Shown: in pieces, positions 23,667 to 36,459 of the stretch
How the letters are laid out: the number at the start of each line of letters is the position of its first letter
How positions within the stretch are numbered: position 1 is the stretch's first letter
Assembly (NCBI GenBank): GCA_009103225.1
Contig: RHPI01002272.1
Coordinates: 121,784 to 185,783 of the forward strand
From: Chlorokybus atmophyticus
Taxonomy: Eukaryota; Plantae; Mesostigma and Chlorokybus algae
Reading direction: 5' to 3'
DNA length: 64,000 nucleotides
Program-made: the position numbers and the translations under genes
Notes under the pieces: generated by a model
What the model saw: the letters and a program-made list of their open reading frames with translations, nothing else
What the model was told of the DNA's origin: nothing
Databases searched by the model: none

Positions 23667-26600
23667 AAGGTGAACATGTTGAAGGACTAGCATGCACATG
23701 TAGTTGAGGCAAGCATAGCCACACAGAGACAGAGCTACCGCCACCAGAGCATACACAAGTCACATCACATTCATCTATTACAAGTTGTCCGCTGGTTCTT
23801 ATACCAGCCAGTTACACACACGTCTACGTTTGCAGAACTGCGTAAGCTATACTCAGCCTTTTGACGCGCTCTAAGCTGCGTTGTCTTCCTTACAACCAGA
23901 GCTTTCCAACAAGCTCTTACACGCCTAATATGAGTAAGAATACGCGGAGATACGAAGCAGTTAGTAAGGCTCGTGTCTGGAGTCCGTAGTCTGGTCCGAC
24001 GACGCCATCTTGCTAAGTCCGGACCTAGTGCTCGTCCTTACGACCTTCTACTCCTGTGTGGAAGGTCGATGCTGATCGTATGTAGGAATGACTCTCAACA
24101 CTCCCACGCGAGCAGCTTGACCTCCAACGCTTGCTCCTGTAGTCAAACACAAATGCCAAGTCCTGCGCGACAAGTCTTGAACTTGAGAGATGACAATGGC
24201 TTTGTCATGAAGTCCGCCAGCATGACCTCGGTGTTGCAGTACTGGAACTCCACCTCCTTCCTTGTGACTCTGTCACGCACAAAGTGATGCATGACATCAA
24301 TGTGCTTCGTCCTTGCCGAGGCGATAGGGTGCTTCAACAACTTGATGGCTCCTTGGTTGCCACAGTTGATGACGATGCACGCCATAGGGTGCTCCAAGTC
24401 TGTCATGAGCTTGCGAAGCCACTGGCTTCGCTCTGGCAGAGTGCTTCCTTCACTGCTGCTGCCGCTGCCATTTACTCAGCCTCTGGTGTAGATGCTGCTG
24501 TTGTTGGCTGCAGCCTGCTGTTCCAGCTCACCACACCTCCGTTCAGCTTGAAGACGTAGCCTGTAGTGGACCTCCTGTTGTTGAGGTCACCAGCAAAGTC
24601 CGAGTCGCAGTAGCCCTCCAACTCAGTGCTCCCGCTCCCAAACTTGATGCCAACTGTTGCGCTCCCAGCAACATCGCATAGTACTCCCTTTGCTGCTCTC
24701 CAGTGCTCCATGCTCGGTGCAGACACATGTAGCGAGCAAGTACTCCCACAGCATGTGCAACATCGGGACGTGTGTACATTGCCAGATAGAGCATGCTGCC
24801 TACCAGCTCACCATATGGATACTGAGCCTTATCGAGTACCTCTCAGCCTTGGCCTTCATGAGGGCAGTGCCAAGTGCCAACGGTGTGGTCTTGGTCTTCG
24901 CTTCAGTGAGCCCAAACTTGGTGACGAGTCTTCTCACCATCTGCTCCTGACTGATCTTGATTGTGCGTGCAGCCCTGTCGCGCTCAATCACCATGCCAAG
25001 AAACCACTTGGCCTCTCCAAGATTACGAACTGAGAATGCTTGCTGTAGAGCAAGTTTTGTCTCCTGCAGGTGGTGCACCTGCCAGGCGGTGATGATGATA
25101 TCATCAACATACACGAGCAGCCAGACCTTGTTGTCTGCATGGATGAAGAGCCCAGGGTCTGCAGAGGATGCGGTGAAGCCAAGTGCCTCCAGCTCCTTGG
25201 TGAGCTTGATGTGCCACATACGCGGTGCCTGTCGCAGCCCGTACAGTGCCTTGATCAGCTTGCACGCTGTGCCTCTCTCCCCTTCTTCATATCCAGGTGG
25301 TTGCTCGATGAAGATCTCCTCCTCCAGCTCTCCGTAGAGGAAGGCAGTCTTCACATCCAGGTGATGCAGCTCTAGGTCTTCAGCAGCAACCATAGCTAGC
25401 AGTGCACGGAAGGTGGTATGCTTACTTGCAGGTGCAAACACTTCGTTAAAGTCCACACCTTCCTGCAGCAAGAAGCCCTTTGCCACCAGTTTTGCCTTGT
25501 AGCGCTCAATGTTGCCATGATCATCACGCTTCACCTTCAAGACCCATTTCACTGGAATGGTCTTCACTCCTTGCGGTAACTGCTCCAGTGACCAAGTGTT
25601 GTTGGCATGGAGTGACGCAATCTCCTCGTCCATAGCACGCTGCCATTGCTCCGCATCTGGTGCTAACAATGCCTCCTCGTAGGTGCTTGGCTCATTGTGC
25701 ACACTGGCGACGTGTGCCTTGTGTAAGAAGTCAGGTGCCTTTCTCTCCCTCATTGGGTATCTCCGAGCTGCGTGCTCCTGCTGTTGGTACGGCTCCTCTT
25801 GGCCTGCTACAGCTGAGTCCTGCTCACCCTTGTTGTTGATGATGGCCTTGCCTGTAGCCTCCACTGTTTCAGGATGCTCCGGCTGTGCTTCATCTTCAGG
25901 AAAGAAGCCTGCTTCTGGTTGTGACAATCCCTCGTGGAAAACCACCTCTCTGCTCACAATGATCTTCTGAGTGTCCTTGAGCAAGATCCTGTAAGCCTTG
26001 GAACCCGGTTCATAGCCAACGAAGATGCCCTTCTTGCTGACCGGCTCCAGCTTGTGCCTGAGCTGTTTAGGCACCAGTGCATATGCTGTGCATCCAAACA
26101 CACGCATACCACTCACATCTGGTGTGGCTCCATAGAAGTGCTCCCACGGAGTCTTCTGCTCTGAGCTCACCGGAGACCTGTTGCGGATGTAGTTGGCAGT
26201 GAGTACCGCCTCCTTCCACATACTGTCTTCCATCTTGGTGTCATTGAGCATTGCTCGAACCCGTTCCAGGAGTGTCTTGTTGAGGCGTTCAGCTGCTCCA
26301 TTCTGCTGCGGTGTGTAGGGTGCAGTGGTCTCGTGGCGTATGCCCTTGCTGGCGAAGAACTCCTTCAACTCCTTGTTAATGTACTCCCCTCCTCGGTCAC
26401 TCCTCATTGCCTTCATCTTGTTGCTAGACTGCTTCTCCAAGAAGGCCACAACTGTGCGCACAGCTCCAGCAACTTCTGACTTCAGCGTCAACGGAAAGAT
26501 GATGGACAGCTTGCTGTAGTCGTCGAGGAATGTAGCAAAGTACCTGACCCCTCCCTTCGCCACAATGCGCATAGGGCCACAGACATCCATGTGCACAAGC

Positions 26601-27932
26601 TCGCAAGGATGCTGACTGCTAGAAGAGGATGATGGGAATGGCATAGCATGCTGCTTTGCAACCAGGCATGGTTCACAAAGTGCACCTGATGCATTCTTGA
26701 GTTCTTCTGTGCTGAGATGGATGCCCTTGACTATCTTCTCAGCGACAAGGCGAGTGAGCTTGACGTAGCTGAGATGCCCGAACCTCCGATGCCACAATGT
26801 TGGCGACTCCTTGTCCTTCACCACCATGGCTTGAATGTTAATGTCCTTAAGATGCTGCTCCACGTGGTAGAGCCCTCCCGGATCAGCGATTCCAACCATG
26901 TGCACGACCCCATCAAGGATGACTGTGCAGCCACCCTTCCGAAATGGGATCTCCGCGCCTAAGCGCTCCGCAACCCTCACAGAGAATAGACTCGCAATAG
27001 CCTTAGGAACATGCAGGACGTTGCGTAACAACACCTCGCGTAGTGTGTTACCAACCTTGCACTGGAGTCGTACGTTGCCAACTCCCTCAGCCACCAATAC
27101 TTCGCCACCGAAGCCCGCCACCTTAATTGTGGACGTCAGCTTCCTGTAGCCCTCCATCACCTCCTTGTTTGGTGTGAGATGACGATCGCAGCCAGAGGTC
27201 ACCACCCAGAAAGCTGTGCCCGCCCTCGAACTGGATGCAGTGAAGGCGACATGTTTCTCCTTGTGTGTGACGGTGCTCGTGCCTTGCTACCTGTGAGTTG
27301 GTCCAATCCACAACCCTCTCACCAAGACACGGTATTCACACCGGAACCTTGCCCCCTCTGCCAAGCACACACGCGCGCCCCGCCACTCGCGTACGCACGC
27401 GCATGCGCTCGAAGCTACACACCGACTCGTGTAGCGCCTTGGATCGTCACACAAGCAAGCACACACCGGTGGGCACACGCTAGCAACCCCTGCTAACCAC
27501 CACCAAGCTTGCACACAAGAAACTAGGGAGCTAAAGGTTGTATTGCAAATTGTAGAATGTCACTTTTATACCTACCAGTCTGCACATGCTACTGTCTAGA
27601 CGATTCTAGCGCTAGACGGAACTAGAAGCTAAGATATTCTTGCAGAATCTTGTAGTACACTTCTAGACCTTTCCAACGCACCAAAGATCTCCTAATTTGC
27701 TGCTCATATGGTCAAGTTATACTACTTGGCGCCAGGCCCTTCCAGAAATCTGGTCGAGCCCTTCTCGACTGGCCCTCCGTTTTCTGGCACCTTCCGGACT
27801 GGTCTTGGGGCCCCGGTCGATATCCGCGGCAGACTCATAACTCGCCGATATCCGCCACAAGTCATTAAAAACATGTACCTTACAAATAAGGCCTAAAACG
27901 GCCATGAAAATCACAGAATTTGGCCTTGACTG

Positions 27933-30900
27933 TTACACTCCTCCCCCCCCAGGTGAGCTTCGTCCTCGAAGCTCGCGAGGGTGTCGTCGAGCAAGATAGG
28001 CACGCACAACGTCTTGAGCATTAGTCAAGTGTGCCTCTGGCTCCCAGGATGCTTCATGCAACGGATAGCCCTTCCATTTCACTAAGAACTTGCGTACGCC
28101 ATGCACAAACTTCTCACCAAGGATGTCTTCTACCTCCCACTCGGGTTCACCGTCTGTGCCAACTTCGGGGGGTGGCCTTTCTGGCGGTTGTCCTCGATAT
28201 GCTTTCAGAAGGGAGACGTGAAAAACGGGGTGCACACGCATGGTGTCGGGTAGCTCCAACTTGTACGCCACGTCCGAGATAACTTTGCTGACCTTAAATG
28301 GTCCCAACCAGCGTTCATTCAGCTTGCGAACTCCCGTACGCACCTGGACGTGCTTCGCGGAGAGTAACACAATGTCGCCTTCCTGAAACGTGAGGTGTCG
28401 GCGATGCGCGTCCGCGTACTGCTTCTGCCGATTTTGTGCCACCAATAACGCATCCCTAGCTGCCTTGTTAATGTCCGCGCACTTTGTAAGGAAGTCATTA
28501 GCTGCCTCCACACGCACGTCATGTCGTCGCGGTGTCCATGCCGTCAACGGTGTCAATGGATGTTGCCCGTAGTTCATAAGGAAGGGAGTGACACCTGTGC
28601 TTGCATTGTGGTGGTTGTTGATCGCAAACTCAACCAACTCAAGCAGCTCCTCCCAATTGTCTTGTCGCGCGTTAACGTAGCAACGCAGCATGTCCTCGAT
28701 CACACGGTTGGCCCGCTCCGTTTGCCCATCAGTTTGCGGGTGGAATGCCGTGCTAAACTTCAGTGTGGTACCCAGTGCACTATGCAGCGCCTCCCAAAAC
28801 TTACTTGTAAAGCGCGGGTCGCGATCACTCACAATGCTTCGTGGTAATCCATGAGAACGAAATACATGCTTCACGAACAAGCGTGCTGCCTCCGGTGCCG
28901 TGCAAGACTCACTACACGGTGCCAAGCGTACCATTTTGCTGGTTTTATCGACGAACACAAGTATAGCGTCGTACCCTTCTTTTGTCTTTGGTAGCCCCGT
29001 GATAAAGTCCATGGTAACTTGCTCCCACTTGGACAATGGCACAGGGAGAGGTTGCAGCAACCCACCTGGCTTTTGGTTGCTTGCCTTCACCCTTTGGCAT
29101 GCGTCGCACAACGCCACGTAGTCGCGCACATCGCGATGCATCTCTCGCCAGTAAAAACGCTGTTTTAAGCTTGCTAAAGTCCTTTCCAACCCTTGGTGAC
29201 CAGCAATGGGCACGTCATGAGCTTCCTTCAGCAACTTCACACGGATATGCGCGACGTTGGGGATGTACAACCGCCCATGGTGCCACAGCAGCCCGTCGCG
29301 CATTGACCAGTGCCCACTGGTGTCCGTAGCTGTATTTTTCAGCTCTTGCAACACTTTCATACCCTCCGTGTCTTCACGAAGCACTTGCCGAATCTGGTCG
29401 GTCCACTCGGGCTGCACTTGAGCGAGTGCCTCAACTGCATTAAGCCGGCTCAGCGCGTCAGCAACACCATTTGATGTACCGGGCTTATACTTGATATCGA
29501 AGTCAAAAAGTTGAAAGAACTCAAGCCATCGAGCTTGTCTGCGACTCAGATGAGGTTGTGTTTGTAAGTACCTCAGTGGAGAGTGATCCGTCTCAAGCAC
29601 GAACTTTTTGCCTTCCAGAAAACAACGCCATTGTCGTAGCGCCATGACTTGCGCTAAAAGTTCCTTCTCGTGCACGGGGTAATTCAGCTCCGCACCACTC
29701 ATCTTCTTGCTGAAGAATGCTACTGGTTGAAGGCCGTTGCCATGGTCTTGCTGCAAAACAGCTCCTACGGCTGTGTCGGACGCGTCGCAAGCCAAAATAA
29801 ATGTCTTTTCCATGTTGGGGTGAGCCAGGACTGGTGCCTCCGTCAGCGCCTTCTTCAACGCAGCAAATGCATGTTCCTCTGTTGCTGACCAGCTCCAATG
29901 CTTTCCCTTCTTGAGTAGGGTAGTCAAGGGAGCAGCTATGCGCGAAAACCCCATGATAAACTTGCGATAATACCCCGCAAGGCCTAAAAAGGACATCACC
30001 TCCTTTACATTGGTCGGGGCAGCCCACTCGCGCACCACCTGCACTTTGTTGGGGTCCGGCTTGATGCCTTCATGCGACACAATGTGGCCTAGGTACTCCA
30101 CCTCTCGAAGCAAGAATTTGCACTTCTGTAGCTGGGCGTACAACTTGTGTTCGCGCAAACGCTGCAACACGCGCCGTAGAAGTGCCACGTGCTCCTCCTT
30201 TGTTGTCGCGTACACCAAAATGTCGTCGAGGTACACGAGGACTCCCTTACCAATCAAGTCAGCAAAAACGCTGTTCATAAGCGTTTGAAATGTTGCCGGT
30301 GCGTTCGTAAGTCCGAAGGACATGACCAACCACTCGTAGTGCCCATAACGTGTGTTAAAAGCTGTTTTCTCCACATCCTCGGGCGCGATGCGAATTTGGT
30401 GATAACCTCCAGCAAGATCAAGTGTTGTGAAGTACTGCGCACCTTGCAATTGCTCCAGCAACTCGTCGATACGTGGGAGTGGAAAGCAATTCCTCTTCGT
30501 GATGTTGTTGAGAGCTCGGTAGTCGACGCACATGCGCAAGCTCCCGTTCTTCTTTCGTACAAACAAAATAGGTGCACCATAGGGGGACTTACTAGGCCTG
30601 ATGTAGCCTCTTTTCAGCAAGTCCGCCACCTGCCTCTCGGCCTCTTCCAGCTCCAAAGGTGACAACTTGTATACGGGTCGATACGGTGGCTTGTGCACGC
30701 CCTCAATCAGCTCCACACGGTGGTCTACGCTCCGTGGAGGTGGTAGACCAGATGGAAGTCCGTCCACCATGATATCTTGGTATTCTTTAACAAGTTTACA
30801 CACCTCGGGGTCCATAGTAGCCGTCTGAACATCGTCACTCAGCTCCGGTGCTGACTTTGCAGTGTTTTCGCGCACCACGCACAACCATGCAGCCTTTGCC

Positions 30901-31541
30901 TTCCGTGGAGACAATAACTTCCTCAATTGCACATAAGAGATCTGGGCAATTGTCGTACCACCTAATTGTGCGTGCCGCGCCTCGATGACGTCCGATGCAG
31001 CTTGAATGGACTCTCCACCGTTTCGCTCGATGGTGAGCACGCGCTTCCTCCAATTGATGGCTGGATTATGTTGCCATAGCCACGGTAGTCCCAAAATCCC
31101 ATCAAACCCGTTCCGTAGGGTGATGCAGCAAAATCGCATGCTCTCCTTCATCTTCCCAATGCGAACGCACAACTCTTTGGTCATAAACGCAGCGCCATCA
31201 CCTCCAGAGGGTGGCTCTCCATCAGCGAGCTTCACTTCACCTCCTCGTAATGACGAAAGCCAACCGTAACGCCGCGCGATATCAATACTCATGAAGTTGC
31301 TGTTGGCACCGCTATCAATCATGAGCTTACACTCTCTCCATCGTCCTTGGTCATCGCAAATGTGTGCTCGAAGCCCGAAGTACTTTGTTGTCTCCTCGTT
31401 TGCATAACTCACCACCATTGGCGCGTTCAAAGCCATCTCTTCTTGCTTCTTTAATGGAAATGTCACAGCATCCGTCCGTGCATGAGGCTCCTTCCTATCC
31501 CCAGCAGTAGCCTCCTCACCTACTGGGGGAAGTCGTTTTCC
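27933..31541 (-). CDS. pol: Gypsy Pol (protease, RT, RNase H, integrase, chromodomain), expressed by -1 frameshift from gag
   Basis: Uninterrupted frame: IDSGA protease, YLDDIL RT, DASD RNase H, HHCC/D,D35E integrase, GPF motif, chromodomain WEVEDIL...FLVKWKGY...SWEP. Confidence 0.96.
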   Translation of the reverse strand, partial: GKRLPPVGEEATAGDRKEPHARTDAVTFPLKKQEEMALNAPMVVSYANEETTKYFGLRAHICDDQGRWRECKLMIDSGANSNFMSIDIARRYGWLSSLRGGEVKLADGEPPSGGDGAAFMTKELCVRIGKMKESMRFCCITLRNGFDGILGLPWLWQHNPAINWRKRVLTIERNGGESIQAASDVIEARHAQLGGTTIAQISYVQLRKLLSPRKAKAAWLCVVRENTAKSAPELSDDVQTATMDPEVCKLVKEYQDIMVDGLPSGLPPPRSVDHRVELIEGVHKPPYRPVYKLSPLELEEAERQVADLLKRGYIRPSKSPYGAPILFVRKKNGSLRMCVDYRALNNITKRNCFPLPRIDELLEQLQGAQYFTTLDLAGGYHQIRIAPEDVEKTAFNTRYGHYEWLVMSFGLTNAPATFQTLMNSVFADLIGKGVLVYLDDILVYATTKEEHVALLRRVLQRLREHKLYAQLQKCKFLLREVEYLGHIVSHEGIKPDPNKVQVVREWAAPTNVKEVMSFLGLAGYYRKFIMGFSRIAAPLTTLLKKGKHWSWSATEEHAFAALKKALTEAPVLAHPNMEKTFILACDASDTAVGAVLQQDHGNGLQPVAFFSKKMSGAELNYPVHEKELLAQVMALRQWRCFLEGKKFVLETDHSPLRYLQTQPHLSRRQARWLEFFQLFDFDIKYKPGTSNGVADALSRLNAVEALAQVQPEWTDQIRQVLREDTEGMKVLQELKNTATDTSGHWSMRDGLLWHHGRLYIPNVAHIRVKLLKEAHDVPIAGHQGLERTLASLKQRFYWREMHRDVRDYVALCDACQRVKASNQKPGGLLQPLPVPLSKWEQVTMDFITGLPKTKEGYDAILVFVDKTSKMVRLAPCSESCTAPEAARLFVKHVFRSHGLPRSIVSDRDPRFTSKFWEALHSALGTTLKFSTAFHPQTDGQTERANRVIEDMLRCYVNARQDNWEELLELVEFAINNHHNASTGVTPFLMNYGQHPLTPLTAWTPRRHDVRVEAANDFLTKCADINKAARDALLVAQNRQKQYADAHRRHLTFQEGDIVLLSAKHVQVRTGVRKLNERWLGPFKVSKVISDVAYKLELPDTMRVHPVFHVSLLKAYRGQPPERPPPEVGTDGEPEWEVEDILGEKFVHGVRKFLVKWKGYPLHEASWEPEAHLTNAQDVVRAYLARRHPRELRGRSSPGGGGV

Positions 31542-32548
31542 TGCTCCACGCCATTTTGCTCCATGGTGTTGACGCGACGATCACGGCGAGGGTTGCCATC
31601 CGGTGTTGGCCTTTGCGTGCTTCGTTTGGGGCATCCGTACGCCAAATGCTCCGTCGACCCACACGCATAACACTTGCGCACACCTTTACCTCTTTCACCA
31701 CGTCCGCCGTGCTTCGCCTCACTTCCATGCGTGTGTATGGCACCCACCTCCATTGGTGCAGGCCCAGAGTCAGCTCCACCTCCATTGGCAAGTGCTGAAC
31801 TTGGTTCTCCTCGTCTCCATGCATGTTGAAAGCCTCCCCGGGGCTGATCACCATGCCTTTGCCTCCAGTCAGTGTTTCTTGTGGTGGACTTGAAGTACAA
31901 CGCGTCGAGACGCTCCGCGATGCGTATAGCCTCCGCGAGTGTCTTCGGGTCCCGTAGCTCCACTTCTTTACGCCCCAAAGGTTTTAAACCACGTGTATAC
32001 CTGTCCAACTGCTCCTCCTCGGTCATATTGGGTATGGACATCACCAATCGCTGAAACGCGGCCGTGTACGCCATCACCGACCCCATTTGCACAAGGGCTG
32101 CAAGTTTGTCGCGTGCGGCCTTCACGCTCTCAACGGGAACAAATTGATGCCTGACCTCCAGTGCCAACTCTTCCATGGTGGTCAATGGTAGCGCCAACCC
32201 GTTTGCAACACGCGTACATCGATGCCTCCACCACACAAGTGCTGCACCTTCAAGCAATGTCGCTGCAACCTCCACGTGCAGATGCGTGGGCACCTCCGTG
32301 AGCTTCAACCAAGACGATACTTGAAAAATCCATTCATCCACTGCATCTCCATCACGTTGACCCCTGAATGGCTTGGGCTTTGGCACCTTCACATGCACGC
32401 GCGAGCTTGATGCCATGGGAATTTGTACACGCGCCATCGCATGCTCATACGCCTCGCGTTGTGCTTGTGCCGCCGCTTGAGTGTGATGAAGCTCTTCCCT
32501 CAGTGCCAAGATGGCAGCTTGAAGCTCTTCCATGCGAGCATCCTCCAT
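31520..32548 (-). CDS. gag: Gypsy Gag with CCHC zinc knuckle
   Basis: ATG at 32548. KPKPFRG, capsid region ARDKLAALVQMGSV...RGLKP, knuckle CYACGSTEHLAYGC, TAG at 31520-31522. Confidence 0.93.
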   Translation of the reverse strand: MEDARMEELQAAILALREELHHTQAAAQAQREAYEHAMARVQIPMASSSRVHVKVPKPKPFRGQRDGDAVDEWIFQVSSWLKLTEVPTHLHVEVAATLLEGAALVWWRHRCTRVANGLALPLTTMEELALEVRHQFVPVESVKAARDKLAALVQMGSVMAYTAAFQRLVMSIPNMTEEEQLDRYTRGLKPLGRKEVELRDPKTLAEAIRIAERLDALYFKSTTRNTDWRQRHGDQPRGGFQHAWRRGEPSSALANGGGADSGPAPMEVGAIHTHGSEAKHGGRGERGKGVRKCYACGSTEHLAYGCPKRSTQRPTPDGNPRRDRRVNTMEQNGVEQENDFPQ

Positions 32549-35500
32549 CTCCACTAACACACTACACTCCGCTTCCGAATGAAAAGTGTAAACGCCCACA
32601 CACTTCCTCTCTCACCTTCGTAAACCGTGCTCCGATACCAGTTGTGACGGTGCTCGTGCCTTGTCACCTGTGAGTTGGTCCAATCCACAACCCTCTCACC
32701 AAGACACGGTATTCACACCGGAACCTTGCCCCCTCTCCAAGCACACACGCGCGCCCCGCCACTCGCGTACGCTCGCGCATGCGCTCGAAGCTACACACCG
32801 ACTTGTGTAGCGCCTTGGATCGTCACACAAGCAAGCACACACCGGTGGACACACGCTAGCAACCCCTGCTAACCACCACCAAGCTTGCACACAAGAAACT
32901 AGGGAGTAAAGGTTGTATTGCAAATTGTAGAATGTCACTTTTATACCTACCAGTCTGCACATGCTACTGTCTAGACGATTCTAGCGCTAGACGGAACTAG
33001 AAGCTGAGATATTCTTGCAGAATCTTGTAGTACACTTCTAGACCTTTCCAACGCACCAAAGATCTCCTAATTTGCTGCTCATATGGTCAAGTTATACTAC
33101 TTGGCGCCAGGCCCTTCCAGAAATCTGGTCGAGCCCTTCTCGACTGGCCCTCCGTTTTCTGGCACCTTCCGGACTGGTCTTGGGGCCCCAGTCGATATCC
33201 GCGGCAGACTCATAACTCGCCGATATCCGCCACAAGTCATTAAAAACATGTACCTTACAAATAAGGCCTAAAACGGCCATGAAAATCACAGAATTTGGCC
33301 TTGATTGTTACATTGTGTTGGTGCTCGTTGCCGCTGTTGCTGGTGCTTGCTTTAGGTTGCCCCTGCTGTTTCTTCCTACAGTCCTTCACAATGTGCCCCT
33401 TCCAACCACACCAATGGCATGTGAGGTCTTTGTGACGAGGATTGCCTGGCTTGTTGCCCTTGTACTTCTCTTCATGGTTGCTCTTCTTTGCGTGCTTGCC
33501 GGTGTAGAAGGCGACGGCATCCGCTTGCTCGTCCTTCTTCACAACCCTCTGCTCCACGGTGAGCAGCTTCGGTAGCACATCGTCCAACGTCAACTCCGAT
33601 GATAACGTCTCCAGCAGGGTTGCGACGACCTCGTACTCTGCTGGTAGCCCTGCAACAATGGCCAGCACTACCTCCGTCTCCCCCATGTTGTGGCCGACGT
33701 TGATGAGGTCCGCCCACAGCTCTCTCGCGCGCGCAACATACTTTGTGATGGGTTCTGCTGCCTCCTTCCTGAGTGCGCTGAGCTGCTTGTCGAGAGTCAT
33801 TCCTACATACGATCAGCATCGACCCTCCACACCAAAGTAGAATGTCGTAAGGACGAGCACTAGGTCCGGACTTAGCAAGATGGCGTCGTCGGACCAGACT
33901 CCGGACTCCAGACAGGAGCCTTACTAACTGCTTCGTATCTCCGCGTATACTTACTTATATTAGGCGTGTGAGAGCTTGTTGGAAAGCTCTAGTTGTAAGC
34001 AAGACAACACAGCTTAGAGCGCGTTAAAAGGCTAAGTATAGCTTACGCAGTGCTTGCAAACGTAGACGTGTGTGTAACTGGCTGGTATAAGAACCAGCGG
34101 ACAACTTGTAATAGATGAATGTGATGTGACTTGTGTATGCTCTGGTGGCAGTAGCTCTGTCTCTGTGCATCCATGCTTGCCTCAGCTACATGTGCATGCT
34201 AGTCCTTCAACAGGTTATGGGCCCACACTACGCTTGAGGAGTGTGAGACTAGCTTGTGTGCATTAGTAGTTGTACACTACGGTAGCTTGTTGATAGCAGA
34301 GCCTTGGGTGTCAACCGCAAGAAAAGGCAGGCACGACAAAGATGGAGGCGACCTACGACAAGGGGCAAATTGCAAAGCTTGACACCGACAACTACAACAC
34401 ATGGTGCGTGAAGATGAAGGCCTTGCTCATCCACAAGAAGGTGTGGAAGTACGTTGATCCGAAGGCACCACCACCAACACCAAGAACGAACACTGTGTGG
34501 TCACAGCATTCAGCGGAAGCACACTCTTTGCTTGTGTTGAACTGCAAACCGCATCACTTTCCCATGCTCACTGCATGTGAAGATGGTAGACAAGCTTGGG
34601 AAAAGCTATCAGCCGTTTTCAGAGCCAAGAACAATGCTAGAAAGTTGCAGCTACGCAAGCAGCTCAGCGCACTCAGGAAGGAGGCAGCAGAACCCATCAC
34701 AAAGTATGTTGCGCGCGCGAGAGAGCTGTGGGCGGACCTCATCAACGTCGGCCACAACATGGGGGAGACGGAGGTAGTGCTGGCCATTGTTGCAGGGCTA
34801 CCAGCAGAGTACGAGGTCGTCGCAACCCTGCTGGAGACGTCATCATCGGAGTTGACGTTGGACGATGTGCTACCGAAGCTGCTCACCGTGGAGCAGAGGG
34901 TTGTGAAGAAGGACGAGCAAGCGGATGCCGTCGCCTTCTACACCGGCAAGCACGCAAAGAAGAGCAACCATGAAGAGAAGTACAAGGGCAACAAGCCAGG
35001 CAATCCTCGTCACAAAGACCTCACATGCCACTGGTGTGGTTGGAAGGGGCACATTGTGAAGGACTGTAGGAAGAAACAACAGGGGCAACCTAGAGCAAGC
35101 ACCAGCAACAGCGGCAACGAGCACCAACACAAGGAGAAACATGTCGCCTTCACTGCATCCAGTTCGAGGGCGGGCACAGCTTTCTGGGTGGTGGACTCTG
35201 GCTGCGATCGTCATCTCACACCAAACAAGGAGGTGATGGAGGGATACAGGAAGCTGACGTCCACAATTAAGGTGGCGGGCTTCGGTGGCGAAGTATTGGT
35301 GGCTGAGGGAGTTGGCAACGTACGACTCCAGTGCAAGGTTGGTAACACACTACGCGAGGTGTTGTTACGCAACGTCCTGCATGTTCTTAAGGCTATTGCG
35401 AGTCTATTCTCTGTGAGGGTTGCGGAGCGCTTAGGCGCGGAGATCCTATTTCGGAAGGGTGGCTGCACAGTCATCCTTGATGGGGTCGTGCACATGGTTG

Positions 35501-35999
35501 GAATCGCTGATCCGGGAGGGCTCTACCACGTGGAGCAGCACCCTAAGGACATTAACATTCAAGCCATGGTGGTGAAGGACCACCGGTAATTTTGGGACCC
35601 CCCGAGTCCTGATTATTCACGCCATCTCGTCTGAATTAATGACTTGATCCGTTTTACGCCTTCTGTCCGTGAATATCCAATGGTTATTGTACTATCTGTC
35701 CCATCCCTGCCAAAAGGAACAGCGTTCTTCACCCGCAAGACGCATTCATATTCAACGTACATACCACTGAACCTCGTTTCAACCCATACACTTTGAATTT
35801 CAAAATGAGTATTTCGTGCATATTCAAGGTCAGTCAAGTTGTACTTGATGAACGATATGGTACAATGAATTGTCAGTGCCCAAACAGCAGAATAATCACC
35901 CAGCGTGTGTGGTACTGGCTACGGCTTGCCGCGAAAACCCTGAGTCCTAAATACCATTGCATAGTCACCATCATATTCAGGGAACATATAGCATGAAAT

Positions 36000-36147
36000 A
36001 CACCAAGTCCCAAGTGCCATCGAACATTCAACACCACTTGACAAAACTGCCGATGTGAAATTACACCAAGTGCCAAGTGCCATCGAATGTTCAACACCAC
36101 TTGGCAAAACTGCCGCTGTGAAATTACACTAAGTCCCAAGTGCCATT
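36000..36147 (+). repeat. 63-bp tandem repeat (about 2.3 copies) in left subterminal region of CACTA-B
   Basis: Unit acaccaagt(c/g)ccaagtgccatcgaa...gtgaaatt starts at 36000, 36063 and 36126. Confidence 0.9.
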
Positions 36148-36459
36148 GAGAAGGCAAGCATGCTAATGGCTTGCATTCTAAATTCTATTAAGTACAAAGT
36201 TAGCTTGGACTACTATTACACAGCTGGCCAATGAACCTGTGCTTTTGACTACAATTTAGCTATGTACCAACCGCCTGCTACTTCACATCCGCCGTGACGT
36301 TTGCTGTGCTGGCATGCTGTCCATGAGTGTTCGCAGTCGTCTCCTTAAGCTGTCTGCCTCTTTTGGACGAAACCAATCCTTTTGCATCTGCGTTGCACAC
36401 ACCCACACCATCTGGTTGCTCAACACATGTCAACCTACACGACTTTGCACTAGGGCAGC

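Larger units (their letters stand above)
27266..33312 (-). mobile_element. Full-length Ty3/Gypsy chromovirus-type retrotransposon
   Basis: LTRs 27266-27937 and 32643-33312 differ at roughly 10 positions by eye. TSD TTGTG at 27261-27265 and 33313-33317. PBS TGGTATCGGAGC and a G-rich PPT. Confidence 0.97.

Noticed and set aside
36000-36147. CRISPR-like array (also considered for 18552-20120 and 52840-53230)
   Set aside because: Units are tandem or degenerate without unique spacers, there are no cas genes, and the context is eukaryotic transposon ends.
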